From contig JAVCDE010000003.1 in the NCBI GenBank assembly GCA_030765185.1, positions 128,038 through 192,037 of the forward strand: a stretch of 64,000 nucleotides of DNA. The letters are read 5' to 3'. Each line of letters opens with the position of its first letter. Position 1 is the first letter of the stretch. Below the pieces are notes generated by a model, which ran no database searches, was not told the origin of the DNA, and saw only the letters and a list, made by a program, of their open reading frames with translations. The DNA comes from Candidatus Aceula meridiana. GTDB lineage: Bacteria > Omnitrophota > Gorgyraeia > Zapsychrales > Aceulaceae. Shown here piece by piece: positions 10,456-20,917 of the stretch. The position numbers and the translations under genes were made by a program.

Positions 10456-11306
10456 TACAATATTATCTTTATAAAATTGGACAATTTTGGGTTCGGCGCT
10501 TACCGATTAAGTTAGCTTATCGGATTGCAGGATGTATTTCTGTTTTTAAATATTATCTATCAGCAAAAGATCGGCGAGCTGTAAAAAACAATCTCGAAGT
10601 TATTTTTCCGGGCCGTAAAGATGTTTCTCATATTGCACGAGATGTTTTTCGTAATTTTGGGAAATATTTAGTTGATTTTTTTCGCATGCCGGGACTAGTC
10701 GACGAAGATTATATTAGCAAAAATATCAAGGTTGATAATCTTGAATATTTAAAAAATGCTTTAAAAAGAAATAAGGGTGTTGTTCTTTTAACCGCACATT
10801 TAGGAAATTGGGAATTAGGAGGGTTTGTTCTTAGTAAACTAGGATATTCTATGATCGCAGTTGCTCTTCCGCATAAGGAGCGCACAGTTAACGATTTATT
10901 TAATGCACAACGTGAGACCGAAGGAATGATTGTTGTTCCTAATAATGTTGGCATCCGTGAATGCATTAAGGGTTTAAATGAAAATAAGTTGGTTGCACTT
11001 TTAGGTGACCGAGATTTTAATGCTAACGGTGAGGTTCTAGATTTTTTTAAGAAACAAACCGTTATTCCTCGCGGGCCTGCTGCTTTTGCGGTTAAGACCG
11101 GGGCTGCAATCATTCCTGGTTTTCTCGTCCGTCTTGAAGATGACACGTTTCATCTAAAGCTTGAAGAGCCAATTATTCCTTCTTCGGAAGGGGATAAGGA
11201 CAAAGAAATTCGTCGTTTGATGCGTAAAGGTATTTCGATTATTGAAGAAAATATACGCGCTTATCCATCTCAATGGTTTATGTTTCAAAGGTTTTGGATA
11301 TCATGA
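10452..11306 (+). CDS. Lipid A biosynthesis (Kdo)2-lipid IVA acyltransferase family (LpxL/HtrB-like lysophospholipid acyltransferase)
   Basis: PF03279-like architecture. Region LTAHLGNWELGG. Confidence 0.55.
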   Translation: MIQYYLYKIGQFWVRRLPIKLAYRIAGCISVFKYYLSAKDRRAVKNNLEVIFPGRKDVSHIARDVFRNFGKYLVDFFRMPGLVDEDYISKNIKVDNLEYLKNALKRNKGVVLLTAHLGNWELGGFVLSKLGYSMIAVALPHKERTVNDLFNAQRETEGMIVVPNNVGIRECIKGLNENKLVALLGDRDFNANGEVLDFFKKQTVIPRGPAAFAVKTGAAIIPGFLVRLEDDTFHLKLEEPIIPSSEGDKDKEIRRLMRKGISIIEENIRAYPSQWFMFQRFWIS

Positions 11307-11974
11307 AAATTTGCATCATTATTCCTGTTTATAACGAGGCTGCGGCAATTGGTGAATTAGTTCGTCAACTTAAAGCCAAGGGAAAAGACATTCTTGTAAT
11401 TGACGATGGCTCAACAGATGGTTCGGCAGGCCTTGCGAAAGCACAAGGAGCCGAGGTTATTGTTCATGTCGAGCGAAGCGGAAAAGGAACGTCTTTAAGA
11501 GACGGCTTTGATTATGCTGTTGCCAAAGGGTTTGACGGAGTTATTGCTATGGATGGAGACGGGCAACATGCCGTCAGCGATGTTGACAAATTTTTTGATA
11601 AGGCTGAAGAATTTCCTGATGGAATTATCAATGGCAGCCGTATGAATAACGCCCGAACTATGCCATTTGTCCGTTATTGGACCAACAAATTAATGTCAGG
11701 GATAATTTCTCTAGCTTGCCGTCAGTCTATCCCGGATTCCCAGTGCGGATTTCGTTTTATTCCAACCCGTATTTTAAAAAGTGTTCATTTATCATCTTTA
11801 GATTTCGAGATTGAAACAGAGGTTTTAACAAAAGCAAGCCGCAAGGGATTTAGAATTCACTCTATCGGCGTTGAAACAATTTATCAGGACGAGCTAAGCA
11901 AAATTAACCCTTTCGTCGATACATTTCGTTTTATTGCTTTTATGATTAAAGACCTATTTCAACCAAAATCATAA
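11303..11974 (+). CDS. Family 2 glycosyltransferase (polyprenol-phosphate sugar transferase-like)
   Basis: MKICIIIPVYNEA start, DDGSTDGS and DGDGQH motifs typical of GT2. The probable ATG at 11303 overlaps the upstream stop; the ORF track begins at 11273. Confidence 0.7.
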   Translation: MKICIIIPVYNEAAAIGELVRQLKAKGKDILVIDDGSTDGSAGLAKAQGAEVIVHVERSGKGTSLRDGFDYAVAKGFDGVIAMDGDGQHAVSDVDKFFDKAEEFPDGIINGSRMNNARTMPFVRYWTNKLMSGIISLACRQSIPDSQCGFRFIPTRILKSVHLSSLDFEIETEVLTKASRKGFRIHSIGVETIYQDELSKINPFVDTFRFIAFMIKDLFQPKS

Positions 11975-12001
11975 ACACAAACATTCTGCCCGCCTTTTTA
12001 T

Positions 12002-12658
12002 ATGGAAGACCGAATTTTTAAATACGCCTTGATGGTTTCACTTTTGCTTCATATTTTTGTTTTATTAAAGCTATCTTATTCTAATGTCCATTTTCTTTCC
12101 CAACCTATCAAGAGCTTAGAAGTGGTTTATCCCAGAATGACGATTGAAAAGGGGACAGTTCCAAAAGAGAAGAAGCCTCTTAAGGGGATGAAGGTTGAAG
12201 TAGAAAGCCAGCCTGTAAACACCAAAGGGCGTCTAGATTCTCTTACGAAAGATATTTCTAAGCTTTCTGAGGATTTTTTTCAAAAAGGGCAAAAGCCGAA
12301 ACAGCCTGCAGAGAAAGGGACTAAGCGTAAGGTTTCAGTTCCGGCTCTTGAGGCTCAGCAGATCAAGAATCCACTTTATTTAGATTATTACAAGGAAGTG
12401 CGCAGTAGCATTCGCGAACGCGCTTATGTTAATTATCAACAATTTGATTCTGGCGAGGTGTACCTTGCTTTTATTGTTGAGGCTAGCGGAGAACTTAAAC
12501 AAATAAGAATTATTGAAGAGCGCACTAAGGCCAACCAATACCTCAGGCGTGTAAGTGTGCAGAGCGTCAAAGAGGCAAGTCCTTTCCCGCCTTTTCCTGA
12601 AGAGCTAAAGTATCCTGAGCTTTCGTTTAACGTAGTTATTTCTTTTGAGGTAGAATAG
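12002..12658 (+). CDS. TonB-like energy-transducer C-terminal domain protein with N-terminal membrane anchor
   Basis: One N-terminal TM segment, a Pro/Lys-rich linker and a C-terminal TonB_C-like beta region (YPELSFNVVISFEV). Confidence 0.5.
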   Translation: MEDRIFKYALMVSLLLHIFVLLKLSYSNVHFLSQPIKSLEVVYPRMTIEKGTVPKEKKPLKGMKVEVESQPVNTKGRLDSLTKDISKLSEDFFQKGQKPKQPAEKGTKRKVSVPALEAQQIKNPLYLDYYKEVRSSIRERAYVNYQQFDSGEVYLAFIVEASGELKQIRIIEERTKANQYLRRVSVQSVKEASPFPPFPEELKYPELSFNVVISFEVE

Positions 12659-12877
12659 AGGGTTTTTAGGCGGCTGTTTAAGTTGACACGTTCGGTGAGA
12701 AACCGTATATGATGTGTTGTTAAGAATTTTAAAAGAATCTACCCGCAGGATGGGCTTATCGATTCAGTGTTACCCCGAGAATGATGGATAGCCAAAAGAA
12801 ACTTTAAGGTTTTAGTTTCGCAGTCGAAACATTTGAGCGGGTTGACAATATAAAAGAGCAATGTTATCCTAAAAATT

Positions 12878-13174
12878 ATGACAGATGCCCAAACAGAAGA
12901 TAAAAGACAAGATTTGCCGAAAGTTGACTTCTTGGCCTATATTACAAGCTTGGCTTTTCAGGCAATGGTTTTTTTAGGTGAGGTGCCAAGCCCTGTGACA
13001 AATAAAATAGAGAAGAACTTGCCTCAGGCAAAATTTTTAATTGATACCCTAGTCCTTATTCGAGAGAAAACAACAGGAAATCTAAATGAGCAGGAGGATA
13101 AGCTGCTTAGCACTTCTGTATATGAACTTCAGATGAAATATGCTGCGCTTACAAAAGAAGGTTCACGGGCATGA
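12878..13174 (+). CDS. DUF1844-family small protein
   Basis: A 98-aa protein with FLAYITSLAFQAMVFLGE resembling the DUF1844 signature. This call rests on memory of the family only. Confidence 0.4.
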   Translation: MTDAQTEDKRQDLPKVDFLAYITSLAFQAMVFLGEVPSPVTNKIEKNLPQAKFLIDTLVLIREKTTGNLNEQEDKLLSTSVYELQMKYAALTKEGSRA

Positions 13175-13335
13175 CAGTCGATGCTAAACTATTAAAAATT
13201 TTGACCTGCCTAACATGCCATGGACCGGTTGAAGATAACGAAACAAAGATTGTCTGCACCTCCTGTGGGCGTCAGTACCCTATTAAAGATGGAATTCCCG
13301 TTATGATGCCTCAGAGTGAGAGCAAAGACTTTTAA
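13171..13335 (+). CDS. Trm112/YcaR-like (UPF0434) small zinc-ribbon-like protein (54 aa; not in the ORF track)
   Basis: MTVDAKLLKILTCLTCHGPV...CTSCGRQYPIKDGIPVMM matches the UPF0434 pattern. ATGA overlap with the upstream gene. Confidence 0.6.
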   Translation: MTVDAKLLKILTCLTCHGPVEDNETKIVCTSCGRQYPIKDGIPVMMPQSESKDF

Positions 13336-13352
13336 TCTAAGGAAGGAAGAAC

Positions 13353-13793
13353 ATGCAAAAAATTTTAGTTATTCATGGCCCAAATTTAGATTTATTAGGA
13401 GCTCGAGAAACCGATATCTACGGTAAAGTTTCCTTAGATAAAATTAATAAACAGTTACAATCATCTGCTAAAGAGGGTAATGTTAGTTTACAGATTATTC
13501 AAACAAACCATGAGGGCGAGATTGTTGATGCGATAGGCTCTGCCCCTAAAAATGGAGTTGTTGCTATTCTTATTAACCCAGCTGCGTATACGCATACAAG
13601 CGTTGCCATCCGTGATGCGATTGCAGCCGTCAGTCTTCCAACGGTTGAAGTGCATCTTTCTAATATTTATGCTCGGGAAGAATTTCGTCAGACATCTTTA
13701 ATCAGCCCCGTTAGCACTGGGCAAGTTTCTGGGTTTGGCCCGCAAAGTTATATTTTAGGGCTCAAGGCTATCTTGGGTCTTATCAAAAAGTGA
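13353..13793 (+). CDS. aroQ: 3-dehydroquinate dehydratase type II
   Basis: Start [16 protein letters not shown] and the type II DHQase motif [12 protein letters not shown]. Confidence 0.85.
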   Translation: MQKILVIHGPNLDLLGARETDIYGKVSLDKINKQLQSSAKEGNVSLQIIQTNHEGEIVDAIGSAPKNGVVAILINPAAYTHTSVAIRDAIAAVSLPTVEVHLSNIYAREEFRQTSLISPVSTGQVSGFGPQSYILGLKAILGLIKK

Positions 13794-14830
13794 ATCCAAG
13801 ACTCAAGAAATTTCAAGATCACCTTTTAAAAAACAATATTGATGCTTTTTTAGTAACAAAGCCAATCGATATTTCGTATCTTGTTGACTTTCCTTCTGAA
13901 GACTCCTGGCTTTTGGTAACACGAAAAGAAATATTCTATATTACTGATGCTCGCTATACATGCGAAGTACAAAAACATCTGAAGAAGATAGAAGTTCAGC
14001 AATATACAAGGTCCTTGACGAAGCACGTTGCCGAACTCGCATTAAAAAAGAAGATTAGGCGTATTGGTTTTGATGATAGGTATCTTTCTGTAGCCCAATT
14101 CTGTAGCTTAAAAAAGAATATAAAGAAATCAAGGCTTATCACCGTAAATTTTTTAGTTGAGGCCTTGCGGGCTATTAAAACAAAAAAAGAACTTTTTTTA
14201 ATTAGGAAAGCTATAAAAATTAATCTTAAATGTTATCAATATTTAGGGCGAATTATCAAGCCTGGCCTTACAGAGCGGAAGATTTTAGATAAGCTAGAAA
14301 GCTACGTTAAAGCGCAAAAGGTTCGTTTTTCATTCCCACCTATCATCGCCTCTGGCCCTCATGCCAGTTATCCTCATGCCAAGGTTACTAGTCGAAAGCT
14401 CCGACGGGGCGAAGTTCTTTTAGTTGATTTAGGAATTGAGGTTCAAGGTTACAAGTCTGACTTGACACGTATGTTCTTTTTGGGTAAAATACCCGAATCT
14501 GTGAAGGAAGCCTATCGTTTAGTTTGCCAGGCTCAGCAGTGTGCGATTTTGGCTATAAAGCCTGGACAGCGCGCAGATAAAATTGACAAGCAGGCACGAA
14601 ACTTCCTTAAGCAGAACAAGTTAGATAAGTTTTTCAGCCACTCCCTCGGGCATGGTATCGGGTTGGAAGTTCATGAAAATCCGACCTTGTCATCAAAGAA
14701 TCGGACAATTCTTAAGGAGGGGATGGTTTTAACCGTTGAGCCCGGAGTTTATCTCCCTGATCAATTTGGTATTCGCGTTGAAGATATGGTTCTTGTAACA
14801 GCCAAAGGCTGCAAGGTCCTTTCACGATAG
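13790..14830 (+). CDS. pepP: Xaa-Pro aminopeptidase / M24B peptidase
   Basis: M24 pita-bread ligands. Motif [13 protein letters not shown]. Confidence 0.75.
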   Translation: MNPRLKKFQDHLLKNNIDAFLVTKPIDISYLVDFPSEDSWLLVTRKEIFYITDARYTCEVQKHLKKIEVQQYTRSLTKHVAELALKKKIRRIGFDDRYLSVAQFCSLKKNIKKSRLITVNFLVEALRAIKTKKELFLIRKAIKINLKCYQYLGRIIKPGLTERKILDKLESYVKAQKVRFSFPPIIASGPHASYPHAKVTSRKLRRGEVLLVDLGIEVQGYKSDLTRMFFLGKIPESVKEAYRLVCQAQQCAILAIKPGQRADKIDKQARNFLKQNKLDKFFSHSLGHGIGLEVHENPTLSSKNRTILKEGMVLTVEPGVYLPDQFGIRVEDMVLVTAKGCKVLSR

Positions 14831-14890
14831 TTTTTAATACCGAATATAGTATAAAGATAAATATAATAACAAAAGACTTCAGGATAATTC

Positions 14891-15457
14891 GTGACAATCA
14901 CTATTAATCAACTTACAACCGGCATGGGAATTCAACTTGATGGCAATATTTTTCTTGTTCTTGAGCATCGACATGTTAAGCCTGGCAAGGGTGGGGCTTT
15001 TGTCCGCACAAAATTAAAGAATTTTAAGAGTGGGCTTGTTATCGAACGCACATTCAAGCCTTCTGAGAAAATCGAGAACATTTTTTTAGAGGAAAGAACG
15101 ATTCAGTACCTTTATCGGGCAGGGCAAATACTTCATTTTATGGACCAGAAAAGTTTTGAAGAAATGTTTGTTTCCGAAGATTTGCTTGGAGACAATATTA
15201 ACTATCTTCAAGATAATCTAAGCGTGACTGCCTATGTTCATGACGGACAAATTGAAAAGATTGAGATGCCAAATTTTATTGAGACACAAATTGTTGAAAC
15301 TGAGCCAGGTGTAAAGGGAGATTCTGCGCGTGCAGGAAATAAGCCTGCAACCATTGACACTGGCGCAAACGTTCAAGTTCCCCTTTTCGTTGGAACAGGG
15401 GAGTGGATTAAAGTTGATACCAGAAACGGAACATATGTTGAAAGGGTAAAGAAATGA
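14891..15457 (+). CDS. efp: Elongation factor P
   Basis: EF-P KOW and OB domains. Conserved KPGKGGAF loop carrying the modified Lys. Confidence 0.9.
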   Translation: MTITINQLTTGMGIQLDGNIFLVLEHRHVKPGKGGAFVRTKLKNFKSGLVIERTFKPSEKIENIFLEERTIQYLYRAGQILHFMDQKSFEEMFVSEDLLGDNINYLQDNLSVTAYVHDGQIEKIEMPNFIETQIVETEPGVKGDSARAGNKPATIDTGANVQVPLFVGTGEWIKVDTRNGTYVERVKK

Positions 15458-15909
15458 ATTTAAAAGAGATTAAAGAAATCATCAAGCTGATGAACGACAA
15501 TGACCTTAGCGAAATTGAGGTTGAACGAGAAGGCGGGAAAATTAAAATTTGTAAAGGGTCTACGGGCGCACCTGTTGTTATGACGTCACCGATGATGGCT
15601 GCCCCGGTGAGCGCTTCGGGATCTGCCCCGCAAGAATCCGGCGGAGTAACACCTGCTTCTTCTTCGGGCTTAAAAGAAATCAAGGCCCCTATGGTTGGAA
15701 CATTTTATCGCTCACCGTCTCCGGATGCTCCGCCTTTTGTTGATATTGGACAAGTCGTTGAAGTCGGGCAGGTTGTCTGTATCCTTGAAGCGATGAAATT
15801 GATGAATGAAATTAAATCTGATGTCCGCGGGAAAATTGTTGATATTAAAATTCAAAATGCAGAACCAGTGGAATTTGGAACTGTATTGCTTTTGATTGAG
15901 CCGGTATAA
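15454..15909 (+). CDS. accB: Biotin carboxyl carrier protein of acetyl-CoA carboxylase
   Basis: Pro/Ala-rich linker and biotinyl-lysine motif EAMKLMNEI. Confidence 0.85.
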   Translation: MNLKEIKEIIKLMNDNDLSEIEVEREGGKIKICKGSTGAPVVMTSPMMAAPVSASGSAPQESGGVTPASSSGLKEIKAPMVGTFYRSPSPDAPPFVDIGQVVEVGQVVCILEAMKLMNEIKSDVRGKIVDIKIQNAEPVEFGTVLLLIEPV

Positions 15910-15911
15910 TA

Positions 15912-17270
15912 ATGTTTTCTAAAATTCTGATTGCTAACCGCGGAGAAATTGCCCTGCGCATCATTCGTGCCTGTAAAGAGCTTGGCGTAAGCACTGTCGC
16001 CGTGTACTCTGAGGCAGACCGAGATTCTTTGCATGTCCGCTTTGCAGACGAGGCCGTTTGCGTTGGCCGTGCTGCCAGCAAAGATAGTTATCTGAATATT
16101 CCTGCCATTATTTCTGCTGCTGAAATTACTGATGCTGAGGCCATCCATCCTGGCTATGGATTTTTAGCTGAAAACGCACATTTTGCAGAAATTTGTGAAT
16201 CCTGTCATATTAATTTTATTGGGCCAACTCCTGATAGTATGCGAAAAATGGGAGACAAAGTAACGGCTCGAAGCGTTATGAAAAAAGCCAATGTTCTTGT
16301 TACTCCTGGCGGAGACTCTATTGTCAGAAGTAAAGAAGAGGCTTTGCGGCTTGTTAAAAAGATTAAATATCCAGTTATTATTAAAGCTACCGCTGGCGGT
16401 GGTGGTAAGGGGATGCGCGTTTGTCATAATGATGTTGCGCTTATTAGCTCTTTAACGATGGCACAAACAGAGGCTGAAGCTAGTTTTGGAAATCCGGATG
16501 TTTATATCGAGAAATATATTACCAATCCTCGCCACATTGAAATCCAAATTCTTGCTGATACTCATGGGAACATTATTCATTTAGGCGAAAGAGATTGCAG
16601 TATTCAGAGACGCCATCAAAAACTTCTTGAAGAGGCGCCTTCACCTGCGTTAAGTGCAAAATTGCGCAAGAAGATGGGTGAAATGGCTATTCGAGGTGCT
16701 AAGGCCGTTAATTATCGAGGAGTTGGAACTGTTGAATTTCTTCTTGATGATGATGGATTGTTTTATTTCATGGAAATGAACACAAGGGTTCAGGTTGAGC
16801 ATCCGGTAACAGAAATGGTTACAGGGATTGATATTCTTAAAGAACAGATTCGTATCGCAGCTGGTGAAAAACTTAAAGTTAAGCAAGAGGATATTAAAAT
16901 GAATGGCGCTGCGATTGAGTGTCGCATTAACGCTGAAGATCCGGATAATAATTTTATGCCTTCTCCGGGAAGAATTGAGGAACTTAATCTTCCCGGTGGG
17001 CCAGGTGTTCGCGTTGATACGCATATTTATCAAAATTATTTGATTAGTCCTTTTTATGATTCAATGGTGGCGAAGCTTATTGTTCATGGAAAAACAAGAA
17101 GCGATGCTATCCGCACGATGGCGCGTGCTTTAGAAGAATTTTATGTTGCCCCGATTAAAACAACGATAGGGTTTCATCAACGAATTTTGCAGCATCCGTT
17201 GTTTTTAAAAGGGACAATCTCAACGCATTTTCTAGAAAAGATGGCCAAAGGAGAAATAGACCAGAAGTAA
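15912..17270 (+). CDS. accC: Biotin carboxylase
   Basis: ATP-grasp domain with conserved biotin carboxylase motifs. 452 aa. Confidence 0.9.
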   Translation: MFSKILIANRGEIALRIIRACKELGVSTVAVYSEADRDSLHVRFADEAVCVGRAASKDSYLNIPAIISAAEITDAEAIHPGYGFLAENAHFAEICESCHINFIGPTPDSMRKMGDKVTARSVMKKANVLVTPGGDSIVRSKEEALRLVKKIKYPVIIKATAGGGGKGMRVCHNDVALISSLTMAQTEAEASFGNPDVYIEKYITNPRHIEIQILADTHGNIIHLGERDCSIQRRHQKLLEEAPSPALSAKLRKKMGEMAIRGAKAVNYRGVGTVEFLLDDDGLFYFMEMNTRVQVEHPVTEMVTGIDILKEQIRIAAGEKLKVKQEDIKMNGAAIECRINAEDPDNNFMPSPGRIEELNLPGGPGVRVDTHIYQNYLISPFYDSMVAKLIVHGKTRSDAIRTMARALEEFYVAPIKTTIGFHQRILQHPLFLKGTISTHFLEKMAKGEIDQK

Positions 17271-17309
17271 ATATTTCTAAAACCCTTTCAGCATAAAAGG
17301 AGAGGTGCT

Positions 17310-17663
17310 ATGCGCGAAGAGCAAAAAGTTGATTACGGTTCTATTCAGATTCATAAAAAAGTCTTAGCTGATATTGTTTTATCCGTTATCCATGAAACCG
17401 ATGGTGTTACCCTCGCCCCACAGTCGCTTTTTTCTAATCTTTTAAAAGTTTTAGGGCGAAGAATTTATTCAGGGATTGTTGTCTCAATTGATAAGGACAA
17501 TGATGTTTGTATCGAGGTGCGCATTTGCGTCCGCTACGGTGTTAACATTCCAGATGTTTCCCGGCATTTGCAAGACACAATTCGCGATTCAGTTGAAAAA
17601 ACTACCGATATTAATTTAAAAGATGTTCATATCAATATTCAAGGAATTGAAGGAGGCGCATAA
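17310..17663 (+). CDS. Asp23/Gls24 alkaline-shock family protein
   Basis: Asp23-family pattern (VLADIVLSVIHETDGV...). Confidence 0.7.
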   Translation: MREEQKVDYGSIQIHKKVLADIVLSVIHETDGVTLAPQSLFSNLLKVLGRRIYSGIVVSIDKDNDVCIEVRICVRYGVNIPDVSRHLQDTIRDSVEKTTDINLKDVHINIQGIEGGA

Positions 17664-18271
17664 TGAAATTTTTTAAACACTTAGGAGTTTTATTTTATCT
17701 TATTGTTATTTTAGCAATCGGAGGCATAGCAATTTTATTTGCATCCCAAGGCATATCTTTTGCGGATGTTAATTATTATCTTGGGCTTGCTTATCATGAT
17801 GCGAGCATCCGTGTTGTTATTCTTGGAATGAGCGTCATCATTATGCTGCTAAGCCTTATTTTTGCGAAGGTTATTTTAGGCGGTGGCCACAAAGAGCGGA
17901 CGATTGCTTTTGAAAATCCTTCAGGCCGTGTCAGCATTTCTTTAAGTGCTCTTGAAGATACGGTTAGGCGTGCTGTTTTAAGAGTCGTTGAAGTCAAGGA
18001 GATGAAGCCGGCGATTACCGCAACGAAAAAGGGAATTGAAATATCTTGCCGTCTTATTTTACGCTCAGAAGCTAGCATCCCGGACATGACATCTAGGCTA
18101 CAGGAAATTATTAAAGAGCGCATTCAAGATGCTTTAGGCATTGAGGAAAATGTTATTGTTCGCATCCACATTACAAAGATTATTTCTGAGTTGAGCAAAG
18201 GAAAAAAAGAAATTGAAGAAGAACCTGAAGGGAAGGAACAGCTGTCGGTTCCTTTTAGGTATCGTAAATAA
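17663..18271 (+). CDS. Membrane-anchored Asp23-domain protein (AmaP-like)
   Basis: Two N-terminal TM helices followed by an Asp23-like domain. Follows the Asp23 gene directly with an overlapping stop/start. Confidence 0.5.
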   Translation: MKFFKHLGVLFYLIVILAIGGIAILFASQGISFADVNYYLGLAYHDASIRVVILGMSVIIMLLSLIFAKVILGGGHKERTIAFENPSGRVSISLSALEDTVRRAVLRVVEVKEMKPAITATKKGIEISCRLILRSEASIPDMTSRLQEIIKERIQDALGIEENVIVRIHITKIISELSKGKKEIEEEPEGKEQLSVPFRYRK

Positions 18272-18304
18272 CGTATCCTTATTTTTGGGGAAAGGATAAA
18301 CTTT

Positions 18305-19333
18305 ATGAAAAAGATTGGGATTTTAACCGGAGGGGCAGATTGCCCCGGTCTTAATTCTGTTATCCGCGCAGTTGTTTGCAAGGGTCTTCATCATGGATAT
18401 GTGATTACAGGTATTAAGAATGGATGGCAAGGCCTTATTGATAACGATATGAAGGTTCTTGATTTAAATTCTGTTAGTGGCATTCTAGACCGGGGAGGAA
18501 CGATTCTTGGAACAAGCCGAATTAACCCACTAGAAAATCCTGATCAAATTAAAAAAATTTCGGAGAATTATAAACGTAGCGGGATTGATGCCTTAATTGT
18601 TGTTGGAGGAGAGGCAACGTTTAGAATTGCTTCAGAGTTACAAAAAAGGAAAGTGATTCGTGTTATTGGCGTTCCTAAATCTATTGATAATTCATTATCT
18701 GGTACAGATTATGCATTTGGATTCGATACCGCGGTAAACATTGCAACCGAGTGCATCGATCGGCTTCATACGACTGCCGAAAGCCATCATCGTATTATGG
18801 TTGCTGAGGTTATGGGTCGTTATACCGGATGGGTTGCTTTAGAGGCTGGTATTGCAGGTGGAGCAAATATTGTTCTTGTTCCGGAAATTCCTGTAGACAT
18901 TGAAGCTGTCTGCAAGGCTTTAAAAAATAGACATCAGTGTGGAAGAACTTCTAGCATTGTTATTGTTTCTGAAGGGGTTACCTGCAAAGATCATCCGGAA
19001 TTTTTTAAAACGATTAGTGAGAAAAAAATGCACACTTTTGGCGGAATTAGCGAGCTTATTGCGCGTATGATTGAAAGCGAGACCGGCTTTGATACTCGCG
19101 TTAGCATGCTTGGATATATTCAGCGAGGAGGTATCCCGTCAGCTTATGATAGGCTAATTGGAACGCGTTTCGGGGTTCATGCTATCGAATTAGTTGAAGA
19201 AGAGAAGTTCGGTCACATGGTGAGTTTGCGAAACAATCGACTACATTCCGTGCCGATTGAAGAAGCGATTGAAAAGCGCAAGACGATCAATATGGACATC
19301 TATGATATGGCACGTGTCTTTTTTGCGGAGTAA
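18305..19333 (+). CDS. pfkA: 6-phosphofructokinase (PfkA family). The nucleotide-binding motif is atypical: GGEAT in place of GGDGS.
   Basis: PFK-fold motifs GIKNGW and MGRYTGWVALEAG. Confidence 0.75.
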   Translation: MKKIGILTGGADCPGLNSVIRAVVCKGLHHGYVITGIKNGWQGLIDNDMKVLDLNSVSGILDRGGTILGTSRINPLENPDQIKKISENYKRSGIDALIVVGGEATFRIASELQKRKVIRVIGVPKSIDNSLSGTDYAFGFDTAVNIATECIDRLHTTAESHHRIMVAEVMGRYTGWVALEAGIAGGANIVLVPEIPVDIEAVCKALKNRHQCGRTSSIVIVSEGVTCKDHPEFFKTISEKKMHTFGGISELIARMIESETGFDTRVSMLGYIQRGGIPSAYDRLIGTRFGVHAIELVEEEKFGHMVSLRNNRLHSVPIEEAIEKRKTINMDIYDMARVFFAE

Positions 19334-19335
19334 TT

Positions 19336-19926
19336 ATGGATAAAAAAACTAAATCTAAAAAAAGAATTATTGAGAATATCTTTAACGAGTCTATTGCCAT
19401 CAAGCAAAAGACATTAGAGCTAAATATTCGTAAGATTGAGCAAGCTGTTGTCCTTATTGAGCGAACAATTAAGAAAGGAGGGAAGGTTATCCTTTTTGGA
19501 AATGGTGGTTCTGCTGCAGATAGCCAGCATATCGCTGCGGAGTTTATTGGCCGGTTTCAAAAAGAAAGGAAATCAATTCCCGCGATTGCGTTAACGACAG
19601 ATACATCTATTCTAACGGCTTTAGGTAATGATTACGGATTTTCGATTATTTTTGCGCGTCAACTGCAAGGATTGGGAGTTTCTAAAGATGTTGCTGTAGC
19701 TCTTTCAACAAGTGGTAATTCCGTTAATGTTATTGAGGGTTTAAAGACAGCAAAGAAAATTGGAATGAAAACAGTTTCGCTGACCGGCGGAAATGGTGGG
19801 AAAATTGCAAAAATGACAAATATTAGCTTGATTGTTCCTTCAAAGAACACAGCTCGTGTTCAAGAATCACATATCGTTATGGCTCATGCCATTTGTGATT
19901 TGGTAGAATGCGCGTTTATAAAATGA
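19336..19926 (+). CDS. gmhA: Phosphoheptose isomerase (SIS domain)
   Basis: SIS-domain sequence GNGGSAADSQH and GmhA-like size. Confidence 0.75.
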   Translation: MDKKTKSKKRIIENIFNESIAIKQKTLELNIRKIEQAVVLIERTIKKGGKVILFGNGGSAADSQHIAAEFIGRFQKERKSIPAIALTTDTSILTALGNDYGFSIIFARQLQGLGVSKDVAVALSTSGNSVNVIEGLKTAKKIGMKTVSLTGGNGGKIAKMTNISLIVPSKNTARVQESHIVMAHAICDLVECAFIK

Positions 19927-20414
19927 TGAATACAAAATCAAAAATACTTAGCATTAAAACACTTTCTAAGAAAATTCCTCTTTTAAAAAAGCGGAAAAAA
20001 AAGATTGTTTTAACGAATGGATGCTTCGACATTCTTCATTTGGGCCATGCCCGCTATCTTGAGGCGATTAAAAAAGAAGGGCATATTGTTGTTGTCGCGG
20101 TTAACAGCGATGCATCTGTTAAGAAAATTAAAGGATGCAATCGTCCCATCCAAAGCCAACATGCTCGTGCCGGCCTTGTCGCAAGCCTAGCATGTGTCGA
20201 TTATGTTGTTATTTTCAATGAACCAACTCCCTTAAAAGTTGTCCAAGCGTTAAAGCCTGATGTTTTGGTTAAAGGTGCTGATTGGAAAGGCAAAGTTGTC
20301 GTCGGCGAAGATATTGTTAAGGCGAATGGGGGAAAAGTATGGCTTGTAAAGTATTTGCCGGGATTTTCAACAACACGCCTTATTCAGAAAATTAAAAGTC
20401 AATGCGTTCGATAG
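19908..20414 (+). CDS. D-glycero-beta-D-manno-heptose-1-phosphate adenylyltransferase (RfaE/HldE domain II-type cytidylyltransferase)
   Basis: Nucleotidyltransferase motif NGCFDILHLGHARYLE. Adjacent to gmhA. Confidence 0.7.
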   Translation: MRVYKMMNTKSKILSIKTLSKKIPLLKKRKKKIVLTNGCFDILHLGHARYLEAIKKEGHIVVVAVNSDASVKKIKGCNRPIQSQHARAGLVASLACVDYVVIFNEPTPLKVVQALKPDVLVKGADWKGKVVVGEDIVKANGGKVWLVKYLPGFSTTRLIQKIKSQCVR

Positions 20415-20824
20415 ACAATATAAAAGTTTTTCGAGTTATTGATGCAAATTTTAATCGCACAAAAGAAGCGCTAAGGGTTTGTGAAGATGTTAGCCGTTTT
20501 GTTTTAGACAATAAGAAAGAGACGGCACAGTATCGTCGGCTTCGTCATGAAATCGAAGATTTACGTTCTTTGTTAGAAAAAAAGAAAAAAGGCCTTGCCC
20601 ATGCGCGTAATATCCAGATGGATGTCGGAAAAAAAGATGTCCCAGCTGAATTTAAGCGTTGCAATGTTTACGATATTTTTTATGCTAATTCTCAGCGCAT
20701 CAAAGAATCTTTGCGCGTCTTAGAAGAATTTTCAAAGCTTTTAAATACAAAGGCAGCTGGCCAGTGTAAGAGAATTCGTTATCAAATTTATGCTTTAGAG
20801 CAAAAGATAAGCGAACAACTGTAG
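20402..20824 (+). CDS. Conserved hypothetical protein (140 aa)
   Basis: ORF with good coding character. No confidently recognisable domain. Confidence 0.35.
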   Translation: MRSIDNIKVFRVIDANFNRTKEALRVCEDVSRFVLDNKKETAQYRRLRHEIEDLRSLLEKKKKGLAHARNIQMDVGKKDVPAEFKRCNVYDIFYANSQRIKESLRVLEEFSKLLNTKAAGQCKRIRYQIYALEQKISEQL

Positions 20825-20830
20825 ATGTAT

Positions 20831-20902
<72 letters not shown>

Positions 20903-20917
20903 TAAAGCGATAAAAGA

